This document shows positions 41,471 to 62,219 of a DNA stretch of 64,000 bases, in pieces; the first letter of the stretch is position 1; every line of letters starts with the position of its first letter. A program made the translations under genes and the position numbers. The notes beneath the pieces are model-generated. The model was not told where the DNA came from, ran no database searches, and saw only the letters and a program-made list of their open reading frames with translations. The stretch lies in assembly GCF_009914755.1 (NCBI RefSeq), contig NC_060925.1. One strand, written 5' to 3'. This stretch comes from the human T2T-CHM13v2.0 reference genome, Homo sapiens.

Positions 41471-42171
41471 AAGTCCCTGAATTTTCTGTAAAACAAAAGT
41501 TATATCTAAAAGCTTGATTAGGCTGGCATGGTGTCTCACATCTGTAATCCCCAGTGCTTTTGGGAGGCTGAGGTGAGAGGATGACTTGAAGCCAGGAATT
41601 TGAGACCAGTCTGGGAAACATAGTGAGACTCTGGCTTCCCCCCTTTCCTGAAAAAATAATTAACCAGGCATGGTGATATGTACCTGTAGTCCTACTCAGG
41701 AAACTGAGGGAGGAGGATTGCTTGCGCCCAGGAGTTCAAGATTGCAGTGAGCCATGATTGAGCCACTGCACCCCTGCTTGGGTGACAGAGCAAGACCCTG
41801 TCTCCAAAAAATTTTTAAAAATAGAAATAAAATCTTGATTACATTCAATTGTTCACATTTTTGGCAAAAAGGCTTTATAGGTAATTTATAGGTACTATGT
41901 ACTTAGCCATGTTAAATACTACAGAGAAGTCTAGGAAGGTAACTGAGGAAGGCCAGTGAGGGATATGGAATTATGGAATGTTTTACAGTATTTATGATTT
42001 GTGGGACAGCAAAAACTTTTGTGTTAGCGCTGAACATGGAGAGGATTTGTATGTGTGTTTTAATAGATTTTATTTTTGGCCGGGGGCAGTGGCTCATGCC
42101 TGTAATCCCAGTACTTTGGGAGGCCGAGGCAGGCGGATCACGAGGTCAGGAGATGGAGACCATCCTGGCTA

Positions 42172-43545
<1,374 letters not shown>

Positions 43546-44346
43546 GTATTTTTTTTAAAAAATCAAGGCTGGGGGAATGTCTGTAGCCAAAGATACCAGT
43601 GGAAAGTAATTCTAGATAAAAAATTAAATGTAGAAAATGAGGCGGGGAACCGTGGGCTTACCTGTAATTCCAGCACTTTGGGAGGCCAAGGAGGGCAGAT
43701 TGCTTGAGCTCAGTAGTTCGAGACCAGCCTGGGTGACATGGCAAAACCCCATCTATACAAAAAAAATGAGCTGGATATTGTGGTATGTACCTATAGTCCC
43801 AGATAATCAGGAGGCTGAGGTGGGAGAGTCGTTTGAGCCCAGGAGTTTGAGGCTGCAGTGAGCCAAGATCATACTGTTGCACTCCAGCCTGGGAGACAGT
43901 AAGACCCTGACTCAAAAAAAAGTAGAAAATGAAACCATGAGACTGCAGAAAGTATATTGTGTAATAAATACACATATATATATTTTTGAGCCAAGATCGC
44001 GCCACTGCATTCCAGCCTGGGCGATGGAGTGAGATGCCATCTCAAAAAACAAACAAAAACGTAATACATAGTAAATAATACTATATGTAAAGTTCAAAAA
44101 TGGTCACAGCTTGGTCTGTAGTGATTGGAGTGGTTAACCTTTGTGGATGAGGGAGGTTACAGTGACAGGGGCACCTAAAAAGTAGGTTAGCTTTAAATAA
44201 TTACAAAGCCAGGATAAGAGCCAGTTTAGTTGTGACATCCTAGAATAGCTCCATCTTTGTTCTTACGATTTTTCTCTTTTTCTTTCTTTTTTTTTTTTTT
44301 TTATTTTACAGGTGAGGTCTCACTGTGTTGCCCAGGCTGGTCTTGA

Positions 44347-44685
<339 letters not shown>

Positions 44686-44868
44686 TAACATGAAAATCGT
44701 GAAAGTAGAAGATTGATAACCACCTTCAATTCATTTTAATGTAGTAGTACTCAATCTTGGCCGCACATCAGAAGTAACAGGGAACTTTTAAAAAACCAAC
44801 AAAACTGATTCCCAGGCGCTCTCTCCAGAGATTGGGACCTGAGCATTGGTATTTTTAAAGACCCACAG

Positions 44869-45578
44869 CTCCTCATACCTATTAGGATGGCTAGTATTAA
44901 AACAAAACAAAAAATTACTATTGGCAAGGTTGTGGAGAAATTGAACTCTTGTACGTTGTTAGTGGGAATGTGAAATCATGTATTGACCATGGAAAATGGG
45001 ATGGGCTTCCTCAAAAAATTAGAAATATAATTGCCATATGATCTAGCAATTCCACTTGTGTATATATATCCAAAAGAATTGAAAGCAGGGTCCTGAGACA
45101 CTTGTAAACCCATGTTCATAGCAGCAGTATTCACAATATAGTCAAGAAGTGGAAGCAACCCAAGTGGCATCAATGAATGAATGGATAAAGAAAATGATAG
45201 ACATACGATGGAATATTATTTAGCCTTAAAAGGAAGGGAAATTCTAACACACGCTACAACATGGATGAATCTTGAGGGCTTTGTATTAGGAAAAATAAAC
45301 CAATCACAAAAAAGATAAATATGATTTGTCACTTTAATGAAGCATTTAGGGTAGTCAAATTCATGGCAACAGAAAGCAGAATGGTGGTTGCCAGGTACAG
45401 CAGGGACAGAAGAATGAGGATTTGTTGGTTAATGCACATAGAGTTTCTGTTTTGCAAGATGGAAAAGTTCTAGAGATTGGTTTCACAAAAAACATGAATA
45501 TACTTAACACTGCTGAACTGTACACTTAAAAAGAGTATGGTAAATTTTGGTATGTTTTACGCCACAGTTCAAAAATAT
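44869..45578 (+). mobile_element. L1MB-like 3' end inserted into a MER5-like element (44745-44868 and 45581-45618)
   Basis: ccatatgatctagcaattccact...ccatgttcatagcagca.tattcacaat...gaactgtacacttaaaa. Confidence 0.65.
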
Positions 45579-46364
45579 AAGTGATTAATATGCAACAGGA
45601 GGTGAGAACTAATACTACTTTAATGCAGACAAAGATAATATTGGCTAAGTGTTAACACTGGTCTCTAAAAATGGGCAACTTATTTCATTTTCATTTTGCT
45701 TATGTACTTGAGGTATTATGTGCACGTTGGTAGTACCTTTATTATCCTTAAAGTAATGATGCTGTCTAGGAATATTAAATACTGTCTTTCTGAAACACCT
45801 ATGAAATTTAAAATATTTTATTCTAGATGTAGCAATATGTGCCACAGAGTAACATTTTAATCTAATAAATTCGGTTTTAAAATAAATCACTTTGGGTCGG
45901 GTGCAGTGGCTCACGCCTGTAATCCCAGCACTTTGGGAGGTCGAGGAGGGTGGATCACCTGAGGTCAGGAGTTCCAGACCAGCTTGGCCAATGTAGTGAA
46001 ACCCTGCCTGTACTAAAAATACAAAAATTAGCTGGGCGTGGTGGCAGGTGCCTGTAATCCCAGCTACTCAGGAAGCTGAGGCAGGAGAATCACTTGAAGC
46101 CAGCAGGCGGAAGTTGCAGTGAGTGGAAATTGTGCCACTGCACTCCAGTCTGGGCGGTAGAGTGAGACTCCATCTCAAAAAATAAAAACAGAAAAATAAA
46201 ATAAAATCACTTTGGCTGGGCATAGTGGCTCAAGGCTGTAATCTCAGCACCTTGGGAGGCTGAGGTGTGTGGATCACCTGAGGTCAGGTTTTTGAGACCA
46301 GCCGGGCCAACATGTTGAAACCCTGTCTCTACAAAAAATTACAAAAATTAGCTGCATGGTGTCA

Positions 46365-46553
<189 letters not shown>

Positions 46554-46741
46554 TTACTTTGCTTTTCTCTCTTCATTGAATTAACAATTGTAGAATACTT
46601 ACACACTGATCATATCTTTAACATTCTCTGTTATTTCTTCCGACTAGGAATTTATAGACTTTTCCTGCTAAGACCTCAATTTGTGTTTTTGTGAAAGACA
46701 GGAAGACTGAGATGTTGAAATAATTTAAAACAGCCAAGGTT

Positions 46742-47066
<325 letters not shown>

Positions 47067-47312
47067 TTACTATTTGTATATAAAAAATTTGTATTTGTTT
47101 AAAAATTGATTCCTTTGCCATTTGGCTTTTTTTTTTTTCATCCTGTCTTAATCATGATGTGCTTTAAAACACAGTATGTGTTAACTCTTTTTTGAGATGG
47201 AGTTTCATTCTTGTTGCCCAGGCTGTAGTGCAATGGCACGATCTTGGCTCACTGTAACCTCTGCCTCCCGGATTTAAGGGATTCTCCCTCCTCACCCTCC
47301 TAAGTAGCTTAG

Positions 47313-47534
<222 letters not shown>

Positions 47535-47597
47535 TGAAGTACTCAGTTTTTGTTTTTCAGGACATGTACTTGTAGACAGGATTCAAAGCAGTTAAGA

Positions 47598-47789
47598 ATG
47601 TCTCTGCCAAGTCGACAAACAGCTATTATTGTTAACCCTCCTCCACCAGAATATATAAATACTAAGAAAAATGGGCGATTGACAAATCAACTTCAGTATC
47701 TACAAAAAGTTGTCCTAAAGGATTTATGGAAGCATAGTTTTTCATGGCCCTTTCAACGTCCTGTGGATGCTGTGAAACTAAAGTTGCCT
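47598..47789 (+). CDS. BRDT: BRDT first coding exon (exon 2; exon starts at 47561), aa 1-64, N-terminal part of bromodomain 1
   Basis: Acceptor ttttcag|GAC at 47560/47561; ATG at 47598; encodes [19 protein letters not shown]...[21 protein letters not shown] (BET WPF shelf); donor CCT|gtatgt; 192 nt, phase 0. Confidence 0.97.
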
Positions 47790-48734
47790 GTATGTATGTC
47801 TTCAACTATGTTAGTTTCAAAAAAAGAAAACTCCTGTAAATTTCTGTAAGACATAACTAGTCTTTAATATTATAAAACATATTTGGCCAGGCGCGTTGGC
47901 TCCCGCCTATAATCCCAGCACTTTGGGAGGCCGAGGTGGGGAGATCACCTGAGGTCGGGAGTTCGAGACCAGCCTGACCAACATGGAGAGACCCCGTCTC
48001 TACTAAAAATACAAAATTAGCCGGGCGTGGTGGCACATGCCTGTACTTCCAGCTACCCAGGAGGCTGAGCAGGAGAATCTCTTGAACCTGGGAGGCGGAG
48101 GTTGTGGTAAGCCGAGATTGTGCCATTGCCTGGGCAACAAGAGTAAAACTCCATCTCCAAAAATAAAAAATAAAAAAAATTTAACAACTGATTTATTTAG
48201 CATCATTAAAGTCTATCCCAATGAGTATTTTTTTCCAAGAAAAAAGCTTATTTTTCTGAGCATTCGCATTCTTATTTTAATAATTTGTGATAAATTGTAA
48301 TACATGTTTTCTTATTATAGTATATGTCACTTCACCTTTTGGATGCAGAGTTATCCTGAATTTTACCTTTTCTATGAAGTTTCTCTTGACACTTCCTGGC
48401 AGGCTTAGTTGCATCACATACAGAATTTGACTTTAGGTCTTACGTTAGGAATTTTTAGCCATTCATTAATGCAATGGTTGAGTAGTTTACAATATAGCTA
48501 GTCAACTCGAAGCTGGAATTTTATTCTATGGAGTCAGACTCCATAAAAACAAGGTTCTTTTTCCTCATGCCCTTTTTATTTTCAAGGATAATTTTATTCT
48601 GAAATTCTTACCTTTGTTCATCTTTATTGGCTTTTTTTTTTTTTTTTAGCATCTAAAAATAATGCCACAGCAGTCAGCTTTGTTTCTCATTACTAAAGGT
48701 TCTAGTTTCTAGAATATGGCCTTTTTTTTTTTGA

Positions 48735-49025
<291 letters not shown>

Positions 49026-49028
49026 TGA

Positions 49029-49316
<288 letters not shown>

Positions 49317-49467
49317 TGAGCCACTGTGCCCAGCCAGAATATGGCTTTTTAAAGATAATCAGTTGCTCTCTCTAGTTGCAGGTGTATAGTGCATTAAATT
49401 TCTTTGTGTATCAATAGTTGTAGTGTATTCATTCTTACTAACATTTAGAATTTGTTCAAAACCATAG

Positions 49468-49605
49468 GATTATTATACCATTATAAAAAACCCAATGGAT
49501 TTAAATACAATTAAGAAGCGCTTGGAGAATAAATATTATGCGAAGGCTTCAGAATGTATAGAAGACTTCAATACAATGTTCTCAAATTGTTATTTATATA
49601 ACAAG
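49468..49605 (+). CDS. BRDT: BRDT exon 3, aa 65-110, BD1 core including conserved Asn109
   Basis: catag|GAT TAT TAT ... AAC AAG|gtatgt; encodes [24 protein letters not shown]...FSNCYLYNK; 138 nt, phase 0-0. Confidence 0.97.
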
Positions 49606-50406
49606 GTATGTAAGCCTTATGTTATACTTGCTAATTCTTTGCCATTACATATAGGAGAGAAATGTATAAAATCATGTGATCATTTCAGATTTCAATTCTC
49701 TTCGTTTGAGATACTTGACGTGTGTGTGTGTGTGTGTGTGTGTATATAATTTTTTTTTTTTTTTTTGAGATGGAGTCTGGCTCTGTCACCCAGGCTGGAG
49801 TGCAGTGGTGTGATCTCAGCTCACTGCAACCTCTGCCCCCAGGTTCAAGTGATTCTCCTGCCTCAGCCTCCCGAGTAGCTGGGAATACAGGCACCCACCA
49901 ACCTGCCTGGCTAATTTTTTGTATCTTTTTTTAGTAGAGATGGGGTTTTACCATGTTGGCCTGGCTGGTCTTGAACTCCTGACCTCAGGTGTTCCACCCA
50001 CCTCAGCCTCCCAAAGTTCTGGGATTATAGGTGTGAGCCACTGTTCCCGGCCAAGATCTTTTACATATTTTTAAGGACAATACTTTTTCACTGAATTTCA
50101 TAATTTTCACATACCAATACTTGTTCAGTCTATTTGCTATAATATTTTTGTGCCTGAATAGCTGTAGTGGCTTGTTATGTTTTTAAAAACCAAAATACCA
50201 ATGAGAGCTGGTTTCTGTGAATAAGGTATTTCAGAATGTTTTCTATTGCATTCCTGTCATTTTAGTTATGAGATAAAGGAAAAGCCTTAGTATATACTAA
50301 TCTTCATTAAATTTTCACAGTATGGACCCCTGGCCATAACCTAAAAAGCCAAACCAATTGCCTACTTCTAAACTTCACAAGTTGATTTAAAGATCAGATA
50401 TGTTCT

Positions 50407-50774
<368 letters not shown>

Positions 50775-51620
50775 AGATCAGATATGCTCTTTGTTCTATC
50801 CCAGTAGTAGTACTTGGATTTGTGTTAATGAATTTGCCCATATGATATATGTAGAAATTTTATTTTATTTTTTTATTTTTATTTTTTGAGATGGAGTCTC
50901 GCTCTGTTGCCCAGGCTGGAGTGCAGTGTATGTGGAGATTTTAAACTTAATCTTCATATTGGCTCTCATCCATAAAATTGGATTTGTGTATTTGGTTTTC
51001 TTCCATATAGTATTCCCATTTCCTACAGTACTGTATCCTGTTCTAGCTGTTCTAGGGCATCTAAATATTTTAAAGCTTATATCTCATTTAAATATGAGAA
51101 TTCTAAGTATTTGTGATTTCGTTTATTCAAAATCACTGGTGAGTACACTGAATTGTAATAGAAAGTTTGATTTGGCTCCCAAGAAAACTCACCAGTGCCA
51201 GCTTATATGTATAAAAGATTTAAAACTATTAGCCAATGCGAATGATTTTTTTGTCTGAGACGGACTCACTGTGTTGCCTAGGCTGGACTTGATCTCCTGG
51301 GCTCAAGTGATACTCCCACCTCACCCTCCTAAGTAGCTGGGATTATAGGCACACACCACTGCATCCAGCTCCAATGTGAATTTTTAAAAAATCAGTACCA
51401 TTGGCAACTTCATTTTAATTTAACTACAATTCCAAAGGGTCCTTTCAGATGTAATATTTTAAAATGAAGTTTGGTAATTTTCCTGAGCTACCTAACTTAG
51501 AAATAAATGTTCTCTTTATTTAAGAGAACTGTTGCTTTGTAAATTACTTACTTTTTTTCTCAGTCATAAATTGAAGCAAGAGGAAGACTTGTAAGCGAAT
51601 AGTTAAGATTGAAAAATTGA

Positions 51621-51710
<90 letters not shown>

Positions 51711-51752
51711 TAGCCTGGCCAAGATGGTGAAACCCTGTCTCTACTAAAACTA

Positions 51753-51929
<177 letters not shown>

Positions 51930-52078
51930 TTAGAAAAAAATATTAAAAAATTGAGTCAGTGCTACAGTGTTATTTTATTAATTAGTTAATTAAACAGAAT
52001 TACTTCCAGTCAAACCATGAGACACTTTGTATTGCCATGAGTAAGTTTTGTTTTAACCTATTTGTGAGTAGAAATTCT

Positions 52079-52670
<592 letters not shown>

Positions 52671-52984
52671 GAAATTCTCAGTTTTAATACCTGTTTGATT
52701 TAGTAGGATTGCTTGGATTGTAATTCTTTAGTGTTCAGAAAGCCATTTGGGTCCTTTTTAGAAGCTGAAGGAGTAGGATGCTAGAATTTTAAATGTGAGC
52801 TGCTTTCAACCATAGAGAATAAGAAAATAAAATGTGAGCAGCTTCACTATTTTCTAAATTTATAAGAGATGAATACCGTCTAGGAGTACTATGTTACTGC
52901 CTTCCATAAAGTGGGCTGAATTTAAAACATTTGGTACAGTGACCATACTGTATATCCTTATGGTATATTTAATATATTTTGTAG

Positions 52985-53099
52985 CCTGGAGATGACATTG
53001 TTCTTATGGCACAAGCTCTAGAGAAGCTGTTTATGCAGAAATTATCTCAGATGCCACAAGAAGAGCAAGTTGTGGGTGTTAAGGAAAGAATCAAGAAAG
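52985..53099 (+). CDS. BRDT: BRDT exon 4, aa 111-149, end of BD1
   Basis: ttttgtag|CCT GGA GAT GAC; encodes [38 protein letters not shown]; donor G|gtaagg; 115 nt. Confidence 0.96.
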
Positions 53100-53747
53100 G
53101 TAAGGCAGGAGGTAAACACTTTATGGTTCTCTCTCTTTTTTTCCCCTATCTATCTCATGTGTGTGTGTAAATCCCTCAAAGGAGACAGACATCCAGAAGT
53201 CCTACATCCTATTCTATTAATAAAAAATGTCCATTTGAAACAATCTGCCAAACCTTGATCACAAGGATGGGTATCATTCAAGAATAGTGAGGACTGCATT
53301 GATTATGGCCTCAGAGCCAGCTTTCTTGTAGCATAATGCCGTTCACATAGTAGGGATTCAGAAAATCATAGCTGTTACTGCTGTTTTCAGTGGATCTTGC
53401 ATCTGTGCTGTACTGATAAGAATGCCCAAATTGCTAGTGCTCTCTGTATTAAAAAAAAATTTCCATAGCTGAGAATGAAATGTTAGTATTGCGTTGGAAG
53501 ATTGTCTTTTTTTCCTAACTTTTTCTTCACTCACAAAAATCTTTAGAGGAAATCATCTTTACAACTAATAATCATATCATTTAAATATGGTGTTTCAAAA
53601 ATCTTAAATCTGAAGTATTCAAATAGATGTATTGTAGAGGTTAATCAAGAGTGTAGTAAATGTTGGTTTATCTTTGGATCACTTAAGCAGTGTAATCTTT
53701 AAGTTCTTAGTCATTCCATGTTAGTTTCCTCATTTACAATATCAGGA

Positions 53748-53780
<33 letters not shown>

Positions 53781-53782
53781 GA

Positions 53783-53947
<165 letters not shown>

Positions 53948-54633
53948 TAGTAGAGTCGGGGTTTCACCATGTTAGCCAGGATGGTCTCGATCTCCTGACG
54001 TCGTGATCTGCCTGCCTCGGCCTCCCAAAGTGCTGGGATTACAGGCGTGAGCCACCGCGCCTGGCCCTAAAAATATTTATCTTTCGTGATTGTAAATGTT
54101 TATAAAGTATATAGTTAAGTGCCTGAGATATAGGAGGCTTGTAATAGGTTCATGGCAGAGGTTGATTTTTTTTTTTTTTGAGGTTTTTATTGGTACTAAT
54201 ATATACTTTTTTATTGCTAATAGATCCTTAAGGTGGGTCATAACTTATAGTGCTTTAACCAAATCTATGAGATATTCACATATTCACTGATTATATTTAA
54301 GTCCTTATTCTTATTTTAGAAAAGGTTGATCTAATGTCTGACAATGTGAGACCTAGGCTTCTACAAGAAGATTTAAATAAGCCCTTGTGAGGTAGATAAT
54401 ACATAGATTAGTATGGTATTTAAATTGTAAAACCAGCGTGCTAATTGTTGCTGACTTAATTTATTACCCTTAGCAAGATAAAAATTATTATTTTTTCCAT
54501 TTAATGTTGCTAGAAGGTAAAAATTATTGATCTTTTTATTGATCTTTTATCTGAGGGAAACATACTGTTAACAGTTACCTGAGCATCTGAAACAAGTAGC
54601 TGCAACTTAACTTTCAAGTGTTTAAGTTTTTTT

Positions 54634-54669
<36 letters not shown>

Positions 54670-54675
54670 TTTTGA

Positions 54676-54780
<105 letters not shown>

Positions 54781-55419
54781 TGAGTAGCTGGGATTACAGG
54801 CGCATGCCACCATGCCCAGCTAATTTTTGTATTTTTTAGTAGAGATGGGGTTTCACCATGTTGGCCAGGCTGGTCTCAAACTCCTGACCTTAGGTGATCC
54901 ACCTGCCTTGGCCTCCCAAAGTGCTGTGATTACAGGCATGAGCTGCTGCACCTGGCCTACATTTAAGTTTTTTGTTAGAAATAAAACTTGAAAAAAATTA
55001 CAAGACAGTGCATTATGGAAAAAAAGACAATGCATTATGACACGTGTCAGATGAAATTACATGTAACATATGCTGTGTTTGAAAAGAATGAGAAATTTTG
55101 TTTTATTTCGAGACAGGGTCTCATTCTGTCACCCTGGCTGGAGTGCAGTGGCACTCCACAATCAGTTCACTGCAGCCTCAAGCTCCTGGGCTTAAACGGT
55201 CCTCCCACTTTAGCCTCCCAAGTAGCCAATATTAAGGACATGTACCACCACACCCAGCTAATTTTTTTGTTTCTTACAGAGGTGGGGTCTCATTTTGTTG
55301 CCCAGGCTCATCTTGAACTCCTGGCTTCAAACGATCCTCATGCCTTGGCCTCCCAAAGTGCTAGGATTACAGGCGTGAGCCACCATGCATGGCCAAGAGT
55401 GAGAAATTGATACGTGATG

Positions 55420-56144
<725 letters not shown>

Positions 56145-58021
56145 CGCTGGAAAAGTTGGGAGAGGCTTTAGAGGTGATACAAGTTATGTTTGACCTCAAA
56201 GAATAGGTAGGATTTGGCTTCAGAGGGAATGTCTAAGTTTAAAAGACTTCTGACAGAAGCATTCCACTACCAGAGTCATGTCTTTGTTAGTCACAGTGGT
56301 AGGAAAATTGTCATATGATGGTAGCTAGTTTAAAATAATGTGGTTACGTACATGTTGATAATTTATGGCAAAGAAAACTTGGTATTAAACTGATAATGTT
56401 GATTGAGCAAATACTTGAGTGCTGATTATGTACCACAACACTGTTCTGTGCTCTTGAGATATTATCAGTGAATAAAACAAAAACTTTGCCATCTTGGAAT
56501 TAATATTCTAGTAGTAAGTGAGAGACAAACATGACAGATTCAGTGGAGGCCTCATTGAGAAGTGAAGATTTGAAAGAACATTCCAGCTAGAGGAATCAGC
56601 TAGAGCAAAGGCCTATAACAGATCCTTTCCTCCTCCATCACTTTGAGCCAATGCCTTCATTTGTGAACGGATCTTGCCATCTCAACCATTTTATTCCTTT
56701 TTGTTATCTCCCTTTTTTCTTGGATCATTAATCTCTCCTCCTCTATGGGGTTAGTCTCATTACCCTATAAACTTGCTCTAGTATCTCATCTTTAAAATAC
56801 TCCTTTATCCATATCCTTCCAGCTATTGTTCCTTTTTTTTTTTTCTTTCTTTCTTTCTTCCTGTATACTCATGTAGTCTCCTTAGCACAAATTCTAGCTT
56901 TGATTCACCACCAAAAACCTTTTGTCAGTCAGGGTCACTTGTAGTCTTCATGCTGCAAAATTTAAGTAGTGTTTTTCTATTCTCATTTTATTTGACTTCT
57001 GTCAGTATTTGCCTTAGGAGACTACTGTGTCTTTCTTAAAATGCTTTTATTTCTTCATGCACACAATAATCATGTGGACTTACTTCCCATTCTATAGTTC
57101 TCTTGACCTGGCTGGCTACTTCTTACCTTTATAGTGACATCTTAGTTGTCAGCTTTAGAGAGGGAGGCCTTCCTTGGCTACCCTCTCCATAATAGTTCTC
57201 TGCCTTAATTTAGTCAGTAACCTGTATATTTCCTTCCTAACACTTAGCATCACTTGTACTCAGTTTGATTACTTATTTTTTGTCTGTTTCTTACACTAGA
57301 CAGTAAGCTACAAGAGCAGATACTATGTCTGTCTTGTTCATTTTTGTGCCCTAGCACCTAAAATGGTGTCCAACACGCAATAGGCATGCAGTAAATATTT
57401 ACTGTGTTTCTCTCATGTAACAAGTACTGCATTAGGCACAAGGGACTTAGGGGTGACCAAAACAAAGTCCCCTTACCCTCACAGAGCTTTTTATTCTTGT
57501 GAGGGATAGAGACAAAATTAAATAATTCTAACTATTCCTCACTATGCATATCTAATTAGCTCCTGAGTTCAAAGAGCAACAGTTGGAATATCAAAGGGTG
57601 TGAGATTATCTGAATGTATTTGATTCCTAAGTTTTAGAGAGTAGTGACAACTCAGACATTGAGGAATATCAGCCCTATCTTAAAATACATTCAAATTTAC
57701 TTAGTTCCTGAGTTTGTTTTGCAAGAATTGAAGAGCCGGAAATAGCTATATGTTGTATATCAAATGTGACAATGGCATGGAAAAAATAAAGCAGAATAAG
57801 AGCTAGACAGTTGGTGAGTGGGGATAGGTAGAGCGAAAATGTTATTGTATATGGGGTGGTTGAGAAGGTGACATATGAGTAAATGCCTGAAGGAAATGTT
57901 GGAATGAGGCATAAGGATATCTTCTTTTAGGCAAAACAAATAGTCTGCTTCTGCTTACCAAATTTGAGCAAGGCCAATAGGCTAGAGTGAGGTAAGGGCA
58001 GAGGGAAGTAATAAGAAGTGA

Positions 58022-60128
<2,107 letters not shown>

Positions 60129-61091
60129 GTGAGGTTGGAAGGAGGGAAGAAGTGTGGAGAAGAGGACAAGCAGATCGTACACATGCTGTGAGCACTTTGG
60201 TTTTTACTTAGCGAGATTACAAGCCATCACTGATTTGAGTTTTAAAAGATCACTTTGGTTGCTGTTTTGAGGATAGACTATAGAGGACCGAAGCAGAAGA
60301 AAGACCTGCCTGGATGTTATTGCAATAATTGAGTTGTGCACTGATGATGCCTTGGGCCAGAGTGAATGCCACTTGTGAGAAGTGTTTGGAGTCTAGATAG
60401 GAAGATAATGCTAACAGGGTTTGCTGGCGGGTTGGATATGGAGTTTGAGAGACAGTGGAGTCAAAGATGACTTCAAGGTTTTTGTTGTGAACAATTAGAA
60501 GAATAGAGTTGCCTTGATGGAAGGTTGAACTTTTGAAATAACAGATTTCAGAGTGATATGATCCAAATGTCTTACATCATAACATTCTGTGAGAACAGGG
60601 CAGAAGAACGTGACAATTGCTCCTTTGGCAGAATTTTCTGAAGAAGGTATTGATAAGAGAATCCTATTCACATCTTTTGTTCTGTGATGGACTATGTTAA
60701 CAATTATGAAGTCCTTGGATATTTATGCAGAGCATTCTGAAGACCTCACATAGTATTGTATGGTTGGTCTCCAGAGTATCTGAAATTTTTGCTCATGTTC
60801 ATAGCTACCTGAAGCTAACCACACAGCTCGATTATTAGTCTTGGTTTAAGCCAGGCACCTTTTTGAATAAAACTGATAAACCTACCATTAATAAGAAATG
60901 TTGAAGTCTCCATTATTATATCTAAATTGGTCTAACCTGTCTAATCCTGTGTGTGTAGATTTCAAAATGAAATAAGTATCCTATGCTTATATTGCTAAAA
61001 AGCTGAACTAAATGAAATAGAAAATAAGACAGAAAGTGGTATTTTGTACTTTATTCATTCATATATTTGATTCTGGCTCATACTTTTCCAG

Positions 61092-61264
61092 GCACTCAAC
61101 AGAATATAGCTGTTTCTTCTGCTAAAGAAAAATCATCACCCAGCGCAACAGAAAAAGTATTTAAGCAGCAAGAAATTCCTTCTGTATTTCCTAAGACATC
61201 TATTTCTCCCTTGAACGTGGTACAGGGAGCTTCAGTCAACTCCAGTTCACAAACTGCGGCCCAA
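61092..61264 (+). CDS. BRDT: BRDT exon 5, aa 149-206, inter-bromodomain linker
   Basis: ttttccag|GC ACT CAA CAG ... GCC CAA|gtaagt; 173 nt restores frame with exon 4 (115+173=288). Confidence 0.95.
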
Positions 61265-61868
61265 GTAAGTTTGTTGTAGTTTTTAAATCATTGCTTTTTA
61301 ACACTGGATTTTTTTTTTCCATTTATAGGAAAATTAGTCTTCAGCGTCTAGCAATTTTTCTTTTTTAATTCATTTAGCATCTAGCAATCTGAAATAATAC
61401 TGTTTCCGCCTCTCTATGCATTTTATGAATAGACACCTAAGAGGCTAGCCAAATTTTAGATATTTCTTAGGTAGAATTTGTACTGTTTGGGTATCTTGAT
61501 AGTATTAATATCAGAAGTTGTTCACCTATATAGTTTTCTTTTAAAAATCATATATTCTTGCTGATTTTCAGGTGTTCAGAAACTTTTTTTGGTATATGAC
61601 TTTGATTTTTTACTTTTCATTCATCTTAAGGTTTGCACAAGACATTCTTTGGTATGTGGGAAGATAATATTCGAACTATTTAGTTTGCCTACAAAAGGAA
61701 ATTAACCTTTAGCAATATTTAATACATGGATTGACAACAATATGTGTAAATTATCTATATGAAGACTTGGTGCCAATAATCTTTCCCTTTTTTTCTTTTA
61801 ACTGATAAGGAACTATGCTCTGAATATCATCTCAAATATATTTTTGTTGTTGAATTGTTCTGTTGTAG

Positions 61869-62219
61869 GTTACAAAAGGTGTGAAGAGGAAAGCAGATAC
61901 AACAACTCCTGCAACTTCAGCAGTTAAAGCAAGTAGTGAATTTTCTCCAACATTCACAGAAAAATCAGTGGCACTGCCACCTATAAAAGAAAATATGCCA
62001 AAGAATGTTTTGCCAGATTCTCAGCAACAATATAATGTTGTGAAGACTGTTAAAGTAACTGAACAATTAAGGCACTGTAGTGAGATTCTTAAAGAAATGC
62101 TTGCAAAGAAACATTTTTCATATGCATGGCCCTTTTATAATCCTGTTGACGTTAATGCTTTGGGACTCCATAACTACTATGACGTTGTCAAAAATCCGAT
62201 GGATCTTGGAACTATTAAG
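61869..62219 (+). CDS. BRDT: BRDT exon 6, aa 207-323: BET motif A ([12 protein letters not shown]) and first half of BD2
   Basis: tgttgtag|GTT ACA AAA ... ATT AAG|gtaaat; contains AWPFYNPVD and [15 protein letters not shown]; 351 nt. Confidence 0.97.
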
